A DNA stretch of 64,000 nt from a virus: IMG/VR virus record IMGVR_UViG_3300030099_006533. One strand, given 5' to 3'. A model generated the notes under the pieces. It was not told the origin of the DNA. It worked only from the letters and a program-made list of their open reading frames with translations, and ran no database searches. Numbering within the stretch: the stretch's first letter is position 1; each line of letters starts with the position of its first letter. Shown here one piece after another: positions 46,982 through 56,388 of this stretch. The position numbers and the translations under genes are program-made.

Positions 46982-49438
46982 ATGGCTTATAAATTTCAAT
47001 TAGGCGCCTTTACAGCTTCTGGATCTATTAAGGTCGAGGACAGTTTGGACGCCGGAGCCGGACTTCAGATTTCCGGTTCTGCAGTTCGCACTACAGTCGC
47101 CGAACTGCACACAATCAACCAAGTCGCAGCCGGTTCCGCCGGGGCAGGCAAGGCATTGGTTTTGAATGCAGCAAAAGATATCGGAGGCATCAACGACCTT
47201 TCTGCTTCTGCTTTTGCTACAAGCGAAGGTTACTTCGGTACAGACAACTACAATATCGGTAACGCATCAGTTCCCGACTTCATTACAATGAAGCCCGCAG
47301 TTGTCGAGTTTAAGGATGGTGCTCTTGATGTGGACATTGCTTCACATGATGGCTCCAACGGACTTAAGCTTGGTGGCGCCCTTGTCACTTCAACTGCTGC
47401 TGAGCTTAACAAGCTTGACGGCGCCGGCGCAGATGTTACTGCTGCTAAGTTGACAACTCTTTCTGCTCTTACTGATGCAGAAATTGGCTTCGTCGACGGT
47501 GCGTCCGCTGCCAACTCTGTTGCTAGCAAGGTTGCTGTTCTTGATGGCTCCCGTAAGCTTGTCGGAATTGCCGAACTGTCCGCGTCTGCCGATATTATCG
47601 GTCACCACGGTAAGGTACGTCAGCTTTCACTTGCATACGACGGCGCCGGCGGATCTGAAGGTCACATCAAGCTCGGTGCTGGTGGCGACATGCAGATGGC
47701 CGTGTTCTCTGATGACGCTTACGTCATCAACAACACAGCTGACAAGGACATTGTGTTCCAAGTCAAGAAGGCCGGCGGCTCTAACGTTCAGCCTCTAAGG
47801 GTTGACGGTTCTGAGCACTCAGTTGTGATTAACAAGCTTAGCCTCTCAGGCACACTTGTTACTGCAACTGGCGCAGAGCTTAACATCATGGATGGTGGCA
47901 CATCCGCGTCCTCAGTGACTGTTGCAGATGCTGACCGTCTTGTGCTTAACGATAATGGTACAATGAAGCAGGTTGCAATGACCGATTTCGAGACATACTT
48001 CGAAAGCGCGCTTGACACCTTGAGCAATGTTACCACAGTTGGTGCTCTTAACGCTGGTTCTATTACTTCTGGTTTCGGATCTATCGATAACGGAACAAGC
48101 AAGATTCAGACCGGTGGTGAACTTAAGCTCGACGTTGACATCGCAGCTGCCCCTGCCGTCAACCAGACCGTCTCTGGTCAGGCTGGTGCTATCACCTTTG
48201 GTGCTGGTGCTGACGCTGGTATCGGTGTTTATGATGACAACCTTTACATCGAGTCTAACGTTGATCAAAAGGGTATTGTCTTCAAGGCTCACGACGGCGC
48301 GCAACAGGCTGAGATTGTTTCAATCGACGGCGCTGGTATGGCTATCGAAGATGACAAGGGTATTGTCTTTGGTTCAGATGACGACGTTTCTATCAAGTAC
48401 GACGAAGCGACTTCTGATTCTCTTATGATCCAACAAAACGTTGAAGGCGCCGCTCTTGCCATTGGTTATGCTGCAGATCAGCATGACGACGCAGGTGATC
48501 TATGGGCAATGACCATTGCTGCCGATGGCGGTAAAAAGACATGGGCAAACGACATTGCTTCAAAGGGCTCACCGGTCGAGATGTTCTCGATTACACCACA
48601 CGCAACCGCAACTGAATCAACAGCGGCCTTCGCTGGTCACGTTACAGTTGGTCACGACTTGACTGTTGCTGGCGACCTCACAGTCTCCGGCGATTTCGTC
48701 CAGATGGATGTTACCAAGTTGACTGTTGAAGACCCGCTTATCGAGTTGGCAAGAGGACAGGCTAACAACGTCGACGCTCTTGACATCGGTTTCTTTGGTA
48801 AGTACGGTGATGGTGGTACACATAAGTACGCTGGTCTTTTCCGCGATGCGAATGACTCTGGCAAGTTCCACCTCTTCAAGGATACCGAGGAAGATCTCAC
48901 AGCTGTTACGGCTATCGACAGAAGCGCTTCTGGCTATGCTAAGGCAACTCTTGTTGTAGACGAACTTGACGGTGTTGCCACCAAGGCTAAGGTTACTGAT
49001 AGCTCTGCTAACACTAACTTCGATCTGGTTTTCCACGATGCCTCTAACGGCCTCTTGGAAGATGATGGTGCTTTGACCTACAACCCATCGACTGCCAAGC
49101 TTACAGCTGGAACTTTTGTTGGTAACCTAGAGGGAAGTATTTCCGAGGCTTTAGCTGATACAATCACCAGCGACGATACTCTAAACCCAGCAGATGGCAC
49201 ACTCATTAGAGTTGACGCTTCAAGTGGTGACGTTGTGGTCACGCTTCCGGCGGCTAACGCTGCAGCGGTTGCAGGCCTAGTGCTTAAGATCAAGAGAATT
49301 GACTCTAGTGCTAACAAGGTAACCATCCATCGTGCAGGTAGCGACACCATCGATGGCGGTCACTCAATCGTTCTTGAGTCTGCACTTGCCGGTGTTATGC
49401 TCTTCAGCGATGGTAGCTCTGAATACTACGTCATGTAA
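46982..49438 (+). CDS. Long fibre protein (818 aa) with C-terminal TIDG module, probably high copy
   Basis: A/G/D/S/T-rich repetitive beta modules; ends VTLPAA...LKIKRID...DTIDGGHSIVLES...MLFSDGSSEYYVM. GGAGG SD. MCP-like synonymous codon preference by eye. Confidence 0.7.
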   Translation: MAYKFQLGAFTASGSIKVEDSLDAGAGLQISGSAVRTTVAELHTINQVAAGSAGAGKALVLNAAKDIGGINDLSASAFATSEGYFGTDNYNIGNASVPDFITMKPAVVEFKDGALDVDIASHDGSNGLKLGGALVTSTAAELNKLDGAGADVTAAKLTTLSALTDAEIGFVDGASAANSVASKVAVLDGSRKLVGIAELSASADIIGHHGKVRQLSLAYDGAGGSEGHIKLGAGGDMQMAVFSDDAYVINNTADKDIVFQVKKAGGSNVQPLRVDGSEHSVVINKLSLSGTLVTATGAELNIMDGGTSASSVTVADADRLVLNDNGTMKQVAMTDFETYFESALDTLSNVTTVGALNAGSITSGFGSIDNGTSKIQTGGELKLDVDIAAAPAVNQTVSGQAGAITFGAGADAGIGVYDDNLYIESNVDQKGIVFKAHDGAQQAEIVSIDGAGMAIEDDKGIVFGSDDDVSIKYDEATSDSLMIQQNVEGAALAIGYAADQHDDAGDLWAMTIAADGGKKTWANDIASKGSPVEMFSITPHATATESTAAFAGHVTVGHDLTVAGDLTVSGDFVQMDVTKLTVEDPLIELARGQANNVDALDIGFFGKYGDGGTHKYAGLFRDANDSGKFHLFKDTEEDLTAVTAIDRSASGYAKATLVVDELDGVATKAKVTDSSANTNFDLVFHDASNGLLEDDGALTYNPSTAKLTAGTFVGNLEGSISEALADTITSDDTLNPADGTLIRVDASSGDVVVTLPAANAAAVAGLVLKIKRIDSSANKVTIHRAGSDTIDGGHSIVLESALAGVMLFSDGSSEYYVM

Positions 49439-49453
49439 TATAGCAAAAGTAAG

Positions 49454-49469
49454 TTAATCTTCGGATTAA
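49454..49469 (+). promoter_or_regulatory. cUUCGg tetraloop hairpin (TTAATC-TTCG-GATTAA)
   Basis: Perfect 6-bp stem with the extra-stable C(UUCG)G loop in the 3' UTR of 46982. Confidence 0.7.
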
Positions 49470-49488
49470 TAAACTGCCAAATAAACTT

Positions 49489-49523
49489 AGGGGCCCCTCT
49501 TTATGGGGGGTCCCTTTTTATTT
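49489..49523 (+). terminator. Rho-independent terminator
   Basis: AGGGGCCCCTC-TTTAT-GGGGGGTCCCT stem (with G-U pairs) followed by TTTTATTT. Confidence 0.85.
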
Positions 49524-49527
49524 GTGT

Positions 49528-49555
49528 TCTATTTAATGAGACTCTACTATTTATA
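49528..49555 (+). promoter_or_regulatory. Late-promoter-like motifs (TCTATTTA 49528; ACTATTTATA 49546)
   Basis: Tandem copies immediately after the terminator and before 49588. Confidence 0.65.
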
Positions 49556-49587
49556 AAAGAGCCACTTCTGGACTTGGAAGGATATAA

Positions 49588-51021
49588 ATGTCATACAACC
49601 TTTTGTCTGGTTCCATTGAGTTTATTGGATCAGAACTTGGCGAAATTGAAGATATTGTAAACACCCATGGTGCTCAAACAGTATCCGGCGCCAAAACATT
49701 CACAAACATTACAGCATCAGGCGGTGCAATTGTTACAGGCGGAGCTTTACAAATTGCTACGGCCCTGCGCCATTATGGTGATGCAAACACAGAAGTCAGT
49801 TTCACACCAGATGTGGTTACAGTCAATGCCGCAGGCTCAGCATTAATTCAGGCCGATGGTGTACAAAATAAAGTAACAATCAATAATGACGAAGATGACA
49901 TAAACTTTGTAGTCAACACAGGTGTTGGTTCGCACGGCCTACTTGTTAACGGACAATATTCAACAGTTAAGATCGGTAGTCACGATCCTGCCTCAGAAAA
50001 CAAAAACATACTTCTTCATATCAGTAGCTCAAACTTCCCCCACTCAGCTTCATTGCTTTCAGTAGGCAGAAAGAACAACCCAGTACTTGCTGTTTCAGGC
50101 GGAGCCAACGCAGCAGATTGGAGAGTGGTTGTATCTGGTACGCTGTACACAAATAGTAATATTGAAGCAGCCGGCCAGATTACTGGTTCGCTTGGACTGA
50201 AGGGCGAAATTAAAAACTTGGGCAACGGCCTCACGCATGTTTCAGATGGTGCTGACTTAAACCTTACAGTAAATGCAAACAGCACAGACAATAATAGATT
50301 AGGCATCGCAGTTGCAGCAAACGGTGTTGGTCTAAATGTTGCAGGGTTGACAGAAGAAGGTTCACTAAACACAGACGCCGTTCAGCCAGATTGGGTTATT
50401 GTTGCTGATAATGATGGTGCTGGTGGATATACAAATAAAAAACAAAAAGTATCCGTACTATTGGGTGATACCTTATCGACTGTAGCGAATGTGGGAACAG
50501 GTGCTGGTATCTACAATACAGTGGTTAGCAGACAAGTAAGGCTTCGCAGTATCAAAGGCGATACAAAGCTTGTACAAGCATCAATAGATAGCAATAGTGT
50601 ACAGATTGCGCAAGTAGATAATCCGCGAATCCTGGCCCTTACCTCTTCGAATACAGTATTCAGTGGCTCACACCGAAGCGAACATGTAGTTACGAACATC
50701 ACTTCACACGGACAAAATGTAAACTTGACATTTCCGCAAGCAAGATATCAAGTTTTTAATGCGCAGGGAAATGCATATGACGCCACTGCGTCACTACCAC
50801 AAATTACAGCAGACAATGTTGGCATGATTTTCAACATCAAGTTTTTAAGCACGGAGGATTGCTTAATTACTGGCTCTGCAGGTGCTGACGACCTAATTGA
50901 TGGCGCCGAAAATGTATCAATGGGTTCGGGAAACCCCGGAGCAGCAAAGTTCAAAGAACTGCTTGCTGTAGATATCACAGGGGGCGGTTCATACGAATGG
51001 CTCATCATTGGTGAGAACTAA
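49588..51021 (+). CDS. Fibre-like virion protein with divergent C-terminal IDG module
   Basis: G/A/N-rich; ends SLPQI...GMIFNIKF...DLIDG...EWLIIGEN. Confidence 0.55.
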   Translation: MSYNLLSGSIEFIGSELGEIEDIVNTHGAQTVSGAKTFTNITASGGAIVTGGALQIATALRHYGDANTEVSFTPDVVTVNAAGSALIQADGVQNKVTINNDEDDINFVVNTGVGSHGLLVNGQYSTVKIGSHDPASENKNILLHISSSNFPHSASLLSVGRKNNPVLAVSGGANAADWRVVVSGTLYTNSNIEAAGQITGSLGLKGEIKNLGNGLTHVSDGADLNLTVNANSTDNNRLGIAVAANGVGLNVAGLTEEGSLNTDAVQPDWVIVADNDGAGGYTNKKQKVSVLLGDTLSTVANVGTGAGIYNTVVSRQVRLRSIKGDTKLVQASIDSNSVQIAQVDNPRILALTSSNTVFSGSHRSEHVVTNITSHGQNVNLTFPQARYQVFNAQGNAYDATASLPQITADNVGMIFNIKFLSTEDCLITGSAGADDLIDGAENVSMGSGNPGAAKFKELLAVDITGGGSYEWLIIGEN

Positions 51022-51056
51022 AAGGTATTGTAAAATGTCATTTTGGGTTTTTGTGA

Positions 51057-51064
51057 ACTATTTA
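51057..51064 (+). promoter_or_regulatory. Late-promoter-like motif ACTATTTA
   Basis: Exact copy upstream of the scaffold-MCP unit; preceded by the inverted repeat AAAATG-T-CATTTT (51032-51044). Confidence 0.65.
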
Positions 51065-51098
51065 AAAACTGAGAAATTCTATTTTTAGGAGAGTTTGA

Positions 51099-52262
51099 AT
51101 GTCTTCATTATTAGAGCAAGCAATTGTTGATGCCACAGCACTAAAGGAAGCTGCGTTAAAAAATGCAGAAGCCGCAGTATTAGAAAAGTATGCGCCTGAA
51201 ATTAAACAGGCAGTTGAAGCTCTGTTAGAGCAAGATTTAGATGATCCCATGGCTGCCCTTGAGGCCGATCCTGCCATGGCCGGTGAGCCTGCTGAGCCTA
51301 TCGACGCCGATGTCGACGCTCAACTTGCTGCTACCGAAGGAGAAGATATGTGTCCCTGTCCTGATGAAGATGAGCCGGACAAGATTGTGGTTGATTTCGA
51401 TGAGCTTAGCAACATGGCCGGCCCTGAAGATCCTGCCATGGACGATGCCTCACCCGCCCTCGACGCGTCGTTGCAGGAAGATTCCGAGATTGAGCTTTCT
51501 GATGATTTACTTGAAGCAATTATTAGCGAACTTTCTTCTGATGAAGACGAACCTGTTCAAGTCATGAAAGAAGAGGACGACGAAGAGGGCGACGACGATG
51601 ATGACGACGTTGCTGCACGCACTCCCCCTAGAGACAAGGAGAATAAGGCCGATTTTCTTCCCAAGGATGTCCGAGATAAAATTAATGCTGACGCCAAGAA
51701 CGAAGAACTTGATCTGGACGAAGACGCTCTTACCGCTGTGGTCGAAAAGCTTGTCGTTGACATGGCCCAGCGTAAGACTGGCCACCTTGGCGTTTCAGAA
51801 GACACTGCCAAGTATGAGCTTGAGCTAGAACTCGCTCACCAGCAAAGCACAGATTTTAAAGAAGAGAATGAAGCTCTAAAGAAAGCTGTAGAAGAACTAC
51901 AGGAAAAGCTCTCCAATTACGATTTTACAATTAACGAAATGAAGCGCAAGCTTAATGAAACAAATTTAACAAACGCAAGATTACTATACGCGAACCGCAT
52001 TTTGAATAGCACCTCCTTGAATGAGCGACAAAAGAATAAACTTGTCGAAGCTATCTCATCCGCCGGTTCAGTAAAAGAAGCAAAGGTCATTTACGAGACA
52101 CTTAAAAACACAGTGGGTTCTGCGCCGGATCGCCGCGGACCACAGTCACTGCGTGAAGCTGTCACTAGATCTTCTTCTATAATGTCTGTTCGTGAGAACC
52201 GACGCAATACTGCTGATCCAGCTGCCGAGAGGATGCAAATCCTTGCAGGCATTAAGAAATAA
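51099..52262 (+). CDS. Prohead core scaffold protein (T4 gp22-like)
   Basis: Very acidic middle, coiled-coil C-terminal half, many L/I-x-E sites, ends RMQILAGIKK, immediately upstream of the MCP. Confidence 0.8.
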   Translation: MSSLLEQAIVDATALKEAALKNAEAAVLEKYAPEIKQAVEALLEQDLDDPMAALEADPAMAGEPAEPIDADVDAQLAATEGEDMCPCPDEDEPDKIVVDFDELSNMAGPEDPAMDDASPALDASLQEDSEIELSDDLLEAIISELSSDEDEPVQVMKEEDDEEGDDDDDDVAARTPPRDKENKADFLPKDVRDKINADAKNEELDLDEDALTAVVEKLVVDMAQRKTGHLGVSEDTAKYELELELAHQQSTDFKEENEALKKAVEELQEKLSNYDFTINEMKRKLNETNLTNARLLYANRILNSTSLNERQKNKLVEAISSAGSVKEAKVIYETLKNTVGSAPDRRGPQSLREAVTRSSSIMSVRENRRNTADPAAERMQILAGIKK

Positions 52263-52288
52263 AACATTATTCAAGGAGAAAAATAACA

Positions 52289-54130
52289 ATGTCTATTCTA
52301 AACAAACTAACTGAAGGCATCGTTGAGCGTGACCTCTCTAAGGAGTCACACGCCCTACTTACCAAGTGGGAGCGCACAGGTCTTCTTGAAGGTTTGACCA
52401 ACGACCGCGACCGTAACTCCATGGCCCGTCTCTTAGAGAATCAAGCCAAGGAACTACTTCGTGAGTCTTCCGCAATGTCCGCTGGTGACGTTGAGGGTTT
52501 TGCTGCTGTAGCATTCCCCATCGTCCGTCGCGTCTTTGCTGGCCTTGTTGCTAACGAGCTTGTCTCTGTTCAGCCCATGAGCCTTCCCTCTGGTCTAATC
52601 TTCTTCCTAGACTTCACGTTCAGCGCTGATATCGCCGGCCTCGACCGCTCCAGCGATACCCGTACTGACGGCCTTTTCGGTCAAGGTAACAACGCTTCCA
52701 TCTACGGTACCGACCGTGTTGGTAGCCAGATCACAGGTGGTGTCAACCTCGTTGATTCCTCCGGTGGAGACCTCTCAGGTCCTCGCACAACCGTTGGTTA
52801 CGCTTATGGCGCTGCCTCTGGTTCTTCGACCCTTGATGAGGCCACCGCCGCGACTATGCACGTTCGTGACTCTTTCGCACTAGATAACATCAACGAAGCG
52901 CAGAAGAAGCTCATCATGTATGATCCCGATATCCTGGCTCTGTCCGGGTCCGGTACATCAATTGGTGTTGCTGTTCTTTCAGTTGTCAAGTCTATCTTTA
53001 CCAGTTCCAATGGTTCAGAGGCTGACTTCGACAACCTCGGTGCATTCAGCATTGATGATCTTAGCCAAATGACTGGTCTTGGATCACAAGCTGTACTCGT
53101 TCGTCGCCTGACGCGTGATCAGCCCGCTGATGAGACAACTTCAGAACGCATTCTGTTCACCGTCGTTGGCCCTTCAGGCTCTGCTGGTGTTCTTGTCAAC
53201 GGCTCCCCGGCCGCTGGTGTAGAGGTTGCGGGTTCAGGTTCCGCAACCGGTGGTGACGAACTTATCGTTCGCTTCCCAATCCGTGATAACCTCACTGCTT
53301 CCGATGCTCTCGGTTCAGTTGTTGGTACCACTGACTGGGGACTTGAAAACGAGTCTGCGATCCCTGAGATCGACATTCAGGTTGACAGCATCGCTGTTAC
53401 CGCACAGACCAAGAAGCTCAAGGCCAAGTGGACGCCAGAGTTGGGACAGGATCTTAACGCCTATCACAACCTTGACGCCGAGGTCGAGCTTACCAGCATT
53501 CTCTCCGAGCAGATTGCTCTTGAGATTGATCGCGAGATCCTTGCTGACTTGGTTCGCGGTGCCACCGCTGCAACATACTACTGGGCCCGTTCCCCCGGTA
53601 TGTTCCTCAACCGTGAGACTGGCCTAGAGGTTGGTGCTAATACAGCTGCCCCTGACTTCACCGGTACAGTGTCCGAGTGGTACGAGACTCTTGTCGAGAC
53701 CATTAACGACGTTTCTGCTCAGATTCACCGCAAGACGCTTCGCGGTGGTGCAAACTTCATCGTTTGCTCCCCTGAAGTTGCGAACATTCTTGAGTTCACC
53801 GCTGGCTTCCGTGCTTCCGTCACTGCTGACGACGAGCGTGGTACCGTTGGTGCTGTCAAGGTTGGAGCCCTGAGCAAGAAGTTTGATGTCCACGTTGACC
53901 CTTACTTCCCACGTCAGGTGATCCTTGTTGGCCGTAGAGGCGGTTCATTCCTCGAAAGTGGATATGTATACGCTCCTTACGTCCCGCTGCAGGTCACTCC
54001 CACCATCTTTGGACCCGAGGACTTCGTGCCTCGTAAGGGCGTGATGACTCGTTACGCCAAGAAGATGGTGCGTCCTGATATGTACGGACTCGTCATCTGC
54101 CGCGGCATGGTTGGAGAATCTGGAGCGTAA
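52289..54130 (+). CDS. Major capsid protein (T4 gp23-like) with large variable insertion
   Basis: VSVQPMSLPSGLIFFLDF, TKKLKAKWTPELGQDLNAYH.LDAE.EL..ILS, YAPYVPL and GVMTRYA are gp23-family motifs. Strong SD. Confidence 0.96.
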   Translation: MSILNKLTEGIVERDLSKESHALLTKWERTGLLEGLTNDRDRNSMARLLENQAKELLRESSAMSAGDVEGFAAVAFPIVRRVFAGLVANELVSVQPMSLPSGLIFFLDFTFSADIAGLDRSSDTRTDGLFGQGNNASIYGTDRVGSQITGGVNLVDSSGGDLSGPRTTVGYAYGAASGSSTLDEATAATMHVRDSFALDNINEAQKKLIMYDPDILALSGSGTSIGVAVLSVVKSIFTSSNGSEADFDNLGAFSIDDLSQMTGLGSQAVLVRRLTRDQPADETTSERILFTVVGPSGSAGVLVNGSPAAGVEVAGSGSATGGDELIVRFPIRDNLTASDALGSVVGTTDWGLENESAIPEIDIQVDSIAVTAQTKKLKAKWTPELGQDLNAYHNLDAEVELTSILSEQIALEIDREILADLVRGATAATYYWARSPGMFLNRETGLEVGANTAAPDFTGTVSEWYETLVETINDVSAQIHRKTLRGGANFIVCSPEVANILEFTAGFRASVTADDERGTVGAVKVGALSKKFDVHVDPYFPRQVILVGRRGGSFLESGYVYAPYVPLQVTPTIFGPEDFVPRKGVMTRYAKKMVRPDMYGLVICRGMVGESGA

Positions 54131-54159
54131 GCCTAGAACAACCTAACGGGTAAAAAGTT

Positions 54160-54197
54160 AAGCCCCCTCTTCCAAGTGGAGAGGGGGTTTTCTTTTT
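54160..54197 (+). terminator. Rho-independent terminator after MCP
   Basis: AAGCCCCCTCTTCC-AAGT-GGAGAGGGGGTT stem followed by TTCTTTTT. Confidence 0.88.
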
Positions 54198-54260
54198 GAG
54201 GTAGGCCAAAAAATACCGCCAGCAAATTTTTGAGATTTTTCGTTTTTTAAAAAAAGGTTA

Positions 54261-54270
54261 CTATTTATAA
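54261..54270 (+). promoter_or_regulatory. Late-promoter-like motif ACTATTTATA
   Basis: Exact copy after the MCP terminator, before 54297. Confidence 0.65.
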
Positions 54271-54296
54271 AAAGACCCACTTTAGGAGAACATACC

Positions 54297-54578
54297 ATGG
54301 GAAAGAAACGTAGAGCAATCGCTCATCCAAATAAATTCAAAGCAAGAGCCAGAAATCTCGGCCGAACCCGAGCCCCTGCTGCCGCGCCTTCCAACAGCGA
54401 GGCAATTGAGGAATTGGCAACAAAGGTTGAGGTTGCCCCTGCCCCTGAGCCCGTTGTCGCCACTCCCGCTGTAGCTGAAGAAGAGCCCGCTCCTGTTAAA
54501 CGCGCAAACTCAGCGAAAAAGAAGACCAGCAAAACTCGTAGAACAACAACTAAGAAGGTCGATTCTTCTGAAGCATAG
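54297..54578 (+). CDS. Small Lys/Arg/Ala/Pro-rich protein (possible DNA-binding virion protein)
   Basis: AGGAG SD; basic N- and C-termini flank an A/P/E linker. Confidence 0.65.
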   Translation: MGKKRRAIAHPNKFKARARNLGRTRAPAAAPSNSEAIEELATKVEVAPAPEPVVATPAVAEEEPAPVKRANSAKKKTSKTRRTTTKKVDSSEA

Positions 54579-54606
54579 TAAAACGGGCCTGTTTCCTGTT
54601 TCTCGT

Positions 54607-54614
54607 ACTACTTA
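54607..54614 (+). promoter_or_regulatory. Variant late-promoter-like motif ACTACTTA
   Basis: One mismatch to ACTATTTA, directly before the AGGAGG SD of the neck gene. Confidence 0.5.
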
Positions 54615-54629
54615 TGCTTAGGAGGATCC

Positions 54630-55886
54630 GTGATGGCCCAGCCCACTTTAACGCCGTCAAGCAACACGAGCGTTTCCAAACTACCAGTTACAGGCACAGC
54701 AGGCGATGTAGCTTCCGCTTTGCCTTTTGGCATTTATTCTAGCAATACTGACTTTCTGTCCGGCGCCGCAGAGCAGGTTGCGTATACCTATAAGAAGCTG
54801 GGCGGTGACGTTTTAGACATTGAGCTGAAAGCTTCAAACGTTTACGCAAACTATGAAGAGGCTGTATTAGAGTATTCATACCTAATCAACACTCACCAAG
54901 CTAAAAATGTTCTTTCCGATGTCTTGGGTGCTACAACCGGCACATTTGATCATGACGGCAGCCTAAAAACGGGCCCAGAAGGAATTAACTTAAAGTTTCC
55001 TCGATTTGAATTCGCCTATGCACGACGAGTTGCAGATGCCATCTCTACGGAAGCCGGCTCAACAGGCGGCACACTTACAGAATACTCTGCTAGCTTTTCT
55101 TTGGAAAACGGGGTGCAAGATTATGACTTACAAACAATCATTTCCGCTTCTGCAGATGAGAGCGCCAGTGATTTTTACAATCTTGTAGGAAACAACAAAG
55201 TCCAGATTCGACGTGTTTACTATATCTCTCCTCGTGCAATGTGGAGATTTTATGGATATTATGGCGGAGTAAGCGTCGTTGGCAATATGAACACCTATGG
55301 CCAGTTCGCGGATGACTCTACATTTGAGATTATCCCAACTTGGCAGAATAAGATGCAGGCTATGACATATGAGGACTCAATTTACACAAGAACGTCCCAT
55401 TATTCATATGAGATTATTAACAATAAGCTGCGATTATACCCTGTCCCACAAGCAGATCTGACGCACAGAACAATGTGGGTGTCCTTTACAGTGCAGAAAG
55501 ACCCATTTGAAGAGTATGATGACAGAAAGAGTGGCATTGAGGGCGTGAACAACATGAACACCATTCCGTTTGACAATGTTCCTTACGAAAACATTAATGC
55601 AATCGGAAAACAGTGGATCCGTCGCTTTGCTTTGGCCTTATCTAAAGAGACTTTGGGCCAAATTCGAGGTAAATTTGCAACTTTGCCGATTCCTGGCGAT
55701 AACGTGACTCTAAACCACTCAGAATTGTTGTCACAAGCCAAAGAGGAGCAAGAAAAGCTTAGAACAGAATTGAAAGAAGTGCTTGATCAGCTTACTTACA
55801 CTGCAATCATGGAAGACGATGCCAAGATTGCCGATGCAGCTAGCAAGATTAATACTTCAATTCCAATGAAGATCTATGTGGGGTAG
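54630..55886 (+). CDS. Neck / head-tail adaptor (T4 gp13-like)
   Basis: DIEL....VYANYEEAVLEYS; WIRRFALALSKE.LGQIRGKF...PIPG..VTLN..ELLSQA; first gene of the neck block. Confidence 0.8.
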   Translation: MMAQPTLTPSSNTSVSKLPVTGTAGDVASALPFGIYSSNTDFLSGAAEQVAYTYKKLGGDVLDIELKASNVYANYEEAVLEYSYLINTHQAKNVLSDVLGATTGTFDHDGSLKTGPEGINLKFPRFEFAYARRVADAISTEAGSTGGTLTEYSASFSLENGVQDYDLQTIISASADESASDFYNLVGNNKVQIRRVYYISPRAMWRFYGYYGGVSVVGNMNTYGQFADDSTFEIIPTWQNKMQAMTYEDSIYTRTSHYSYEIINNKLRLYPVPQADLTHRTMWVSFTVQKDPFEEYDDRKSGIEGVNNMNTIPFDNVPYENINAIGKQWIRRFALALSKETLGQIRGKFATLPIPGDNVTLNHSELLSQAKEEQEKLRTELKEVLDQLTYTAIMEDDAKIADAASKINTSIPMKIYVG

Positions 55887-55890
55887 ATAA

Positions 55891-56388
55891 ATGTCCGATG
55901 AAAACAATAAATGGTCACAACCCGACGCTCCGCCCCCACCCTTGTTCACCGGACAGCCTGAGCGAGATCTAGTAAAGCAGGTAAACGATGAGCTTATTGA
56001 AAGGGTCATCGGCCAGACCATTGTTTACTATCCTATTGATATTGAACATACCGACTTTCATGATCTGTATGGCGAAGCCATGAGAAAAACCTTTTTGCCG
56101 CCAGTTAGGGTGCATGCTTTAGTAGAGTTTGAGGGAATTAAGACCAAATATACATCTGGTGTTGGCCTGGACAAGGAAGCGGGGATTGTTGTACACTTTC
56201 ACAAGCGAAGATTGACAGAAGATCAAGATCTTTATGTAAGAGAAGGCGATTTCGTTTTATATGGCAACCTGCATTATGAAATCGTGGCCTTGGAAGAACC
56301 CCAGCAGCTATTTGGTCAGATTGAGCACAGATTTGAGATCGTTGCCAAGTGTATTAAGGCAAGAAAGGGGGTATTCGATGGCAGTTAA
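55891..56388 (+). CDS. Neck / head-closure protein (T4 gp14-like)
   Basis: IGQTIVYYPID...DLYGEA...F; EGDFVLY; follows the gp13-like gene. Confidence 0.75.
   Translation: MSDENNKWSQPDAPPPPLFTGQPERDLVKQVNDELIERVIGQTIVYYPIDIEHTDFHDLYGEAMRKTFLPPVRVHALVEFEGIKTKYTSGVGLDKEAGIVVHFHKRRLTEDQDLYVREGDFVLYGNLHYEIVALEEPQQLFGQIEHRFEIVAKCIKARKGVFDGS

Noticed and set aside
54198-54260. A/T-tract segment (AAAAATACCGCCAGCAAATTTTTGAGATTTTT...) after the MCP terminator as an origin or pac site
   Set aside because: Single occurrence, no iterons or second copy in the window; cannot be supported from sequence alone.
56261-56377. Track start for the gp15-like gene
   Set aside because: It overlaps the gp14-like gene by over 100 nt; ATG 56378 has an SD and a typical short overlap.
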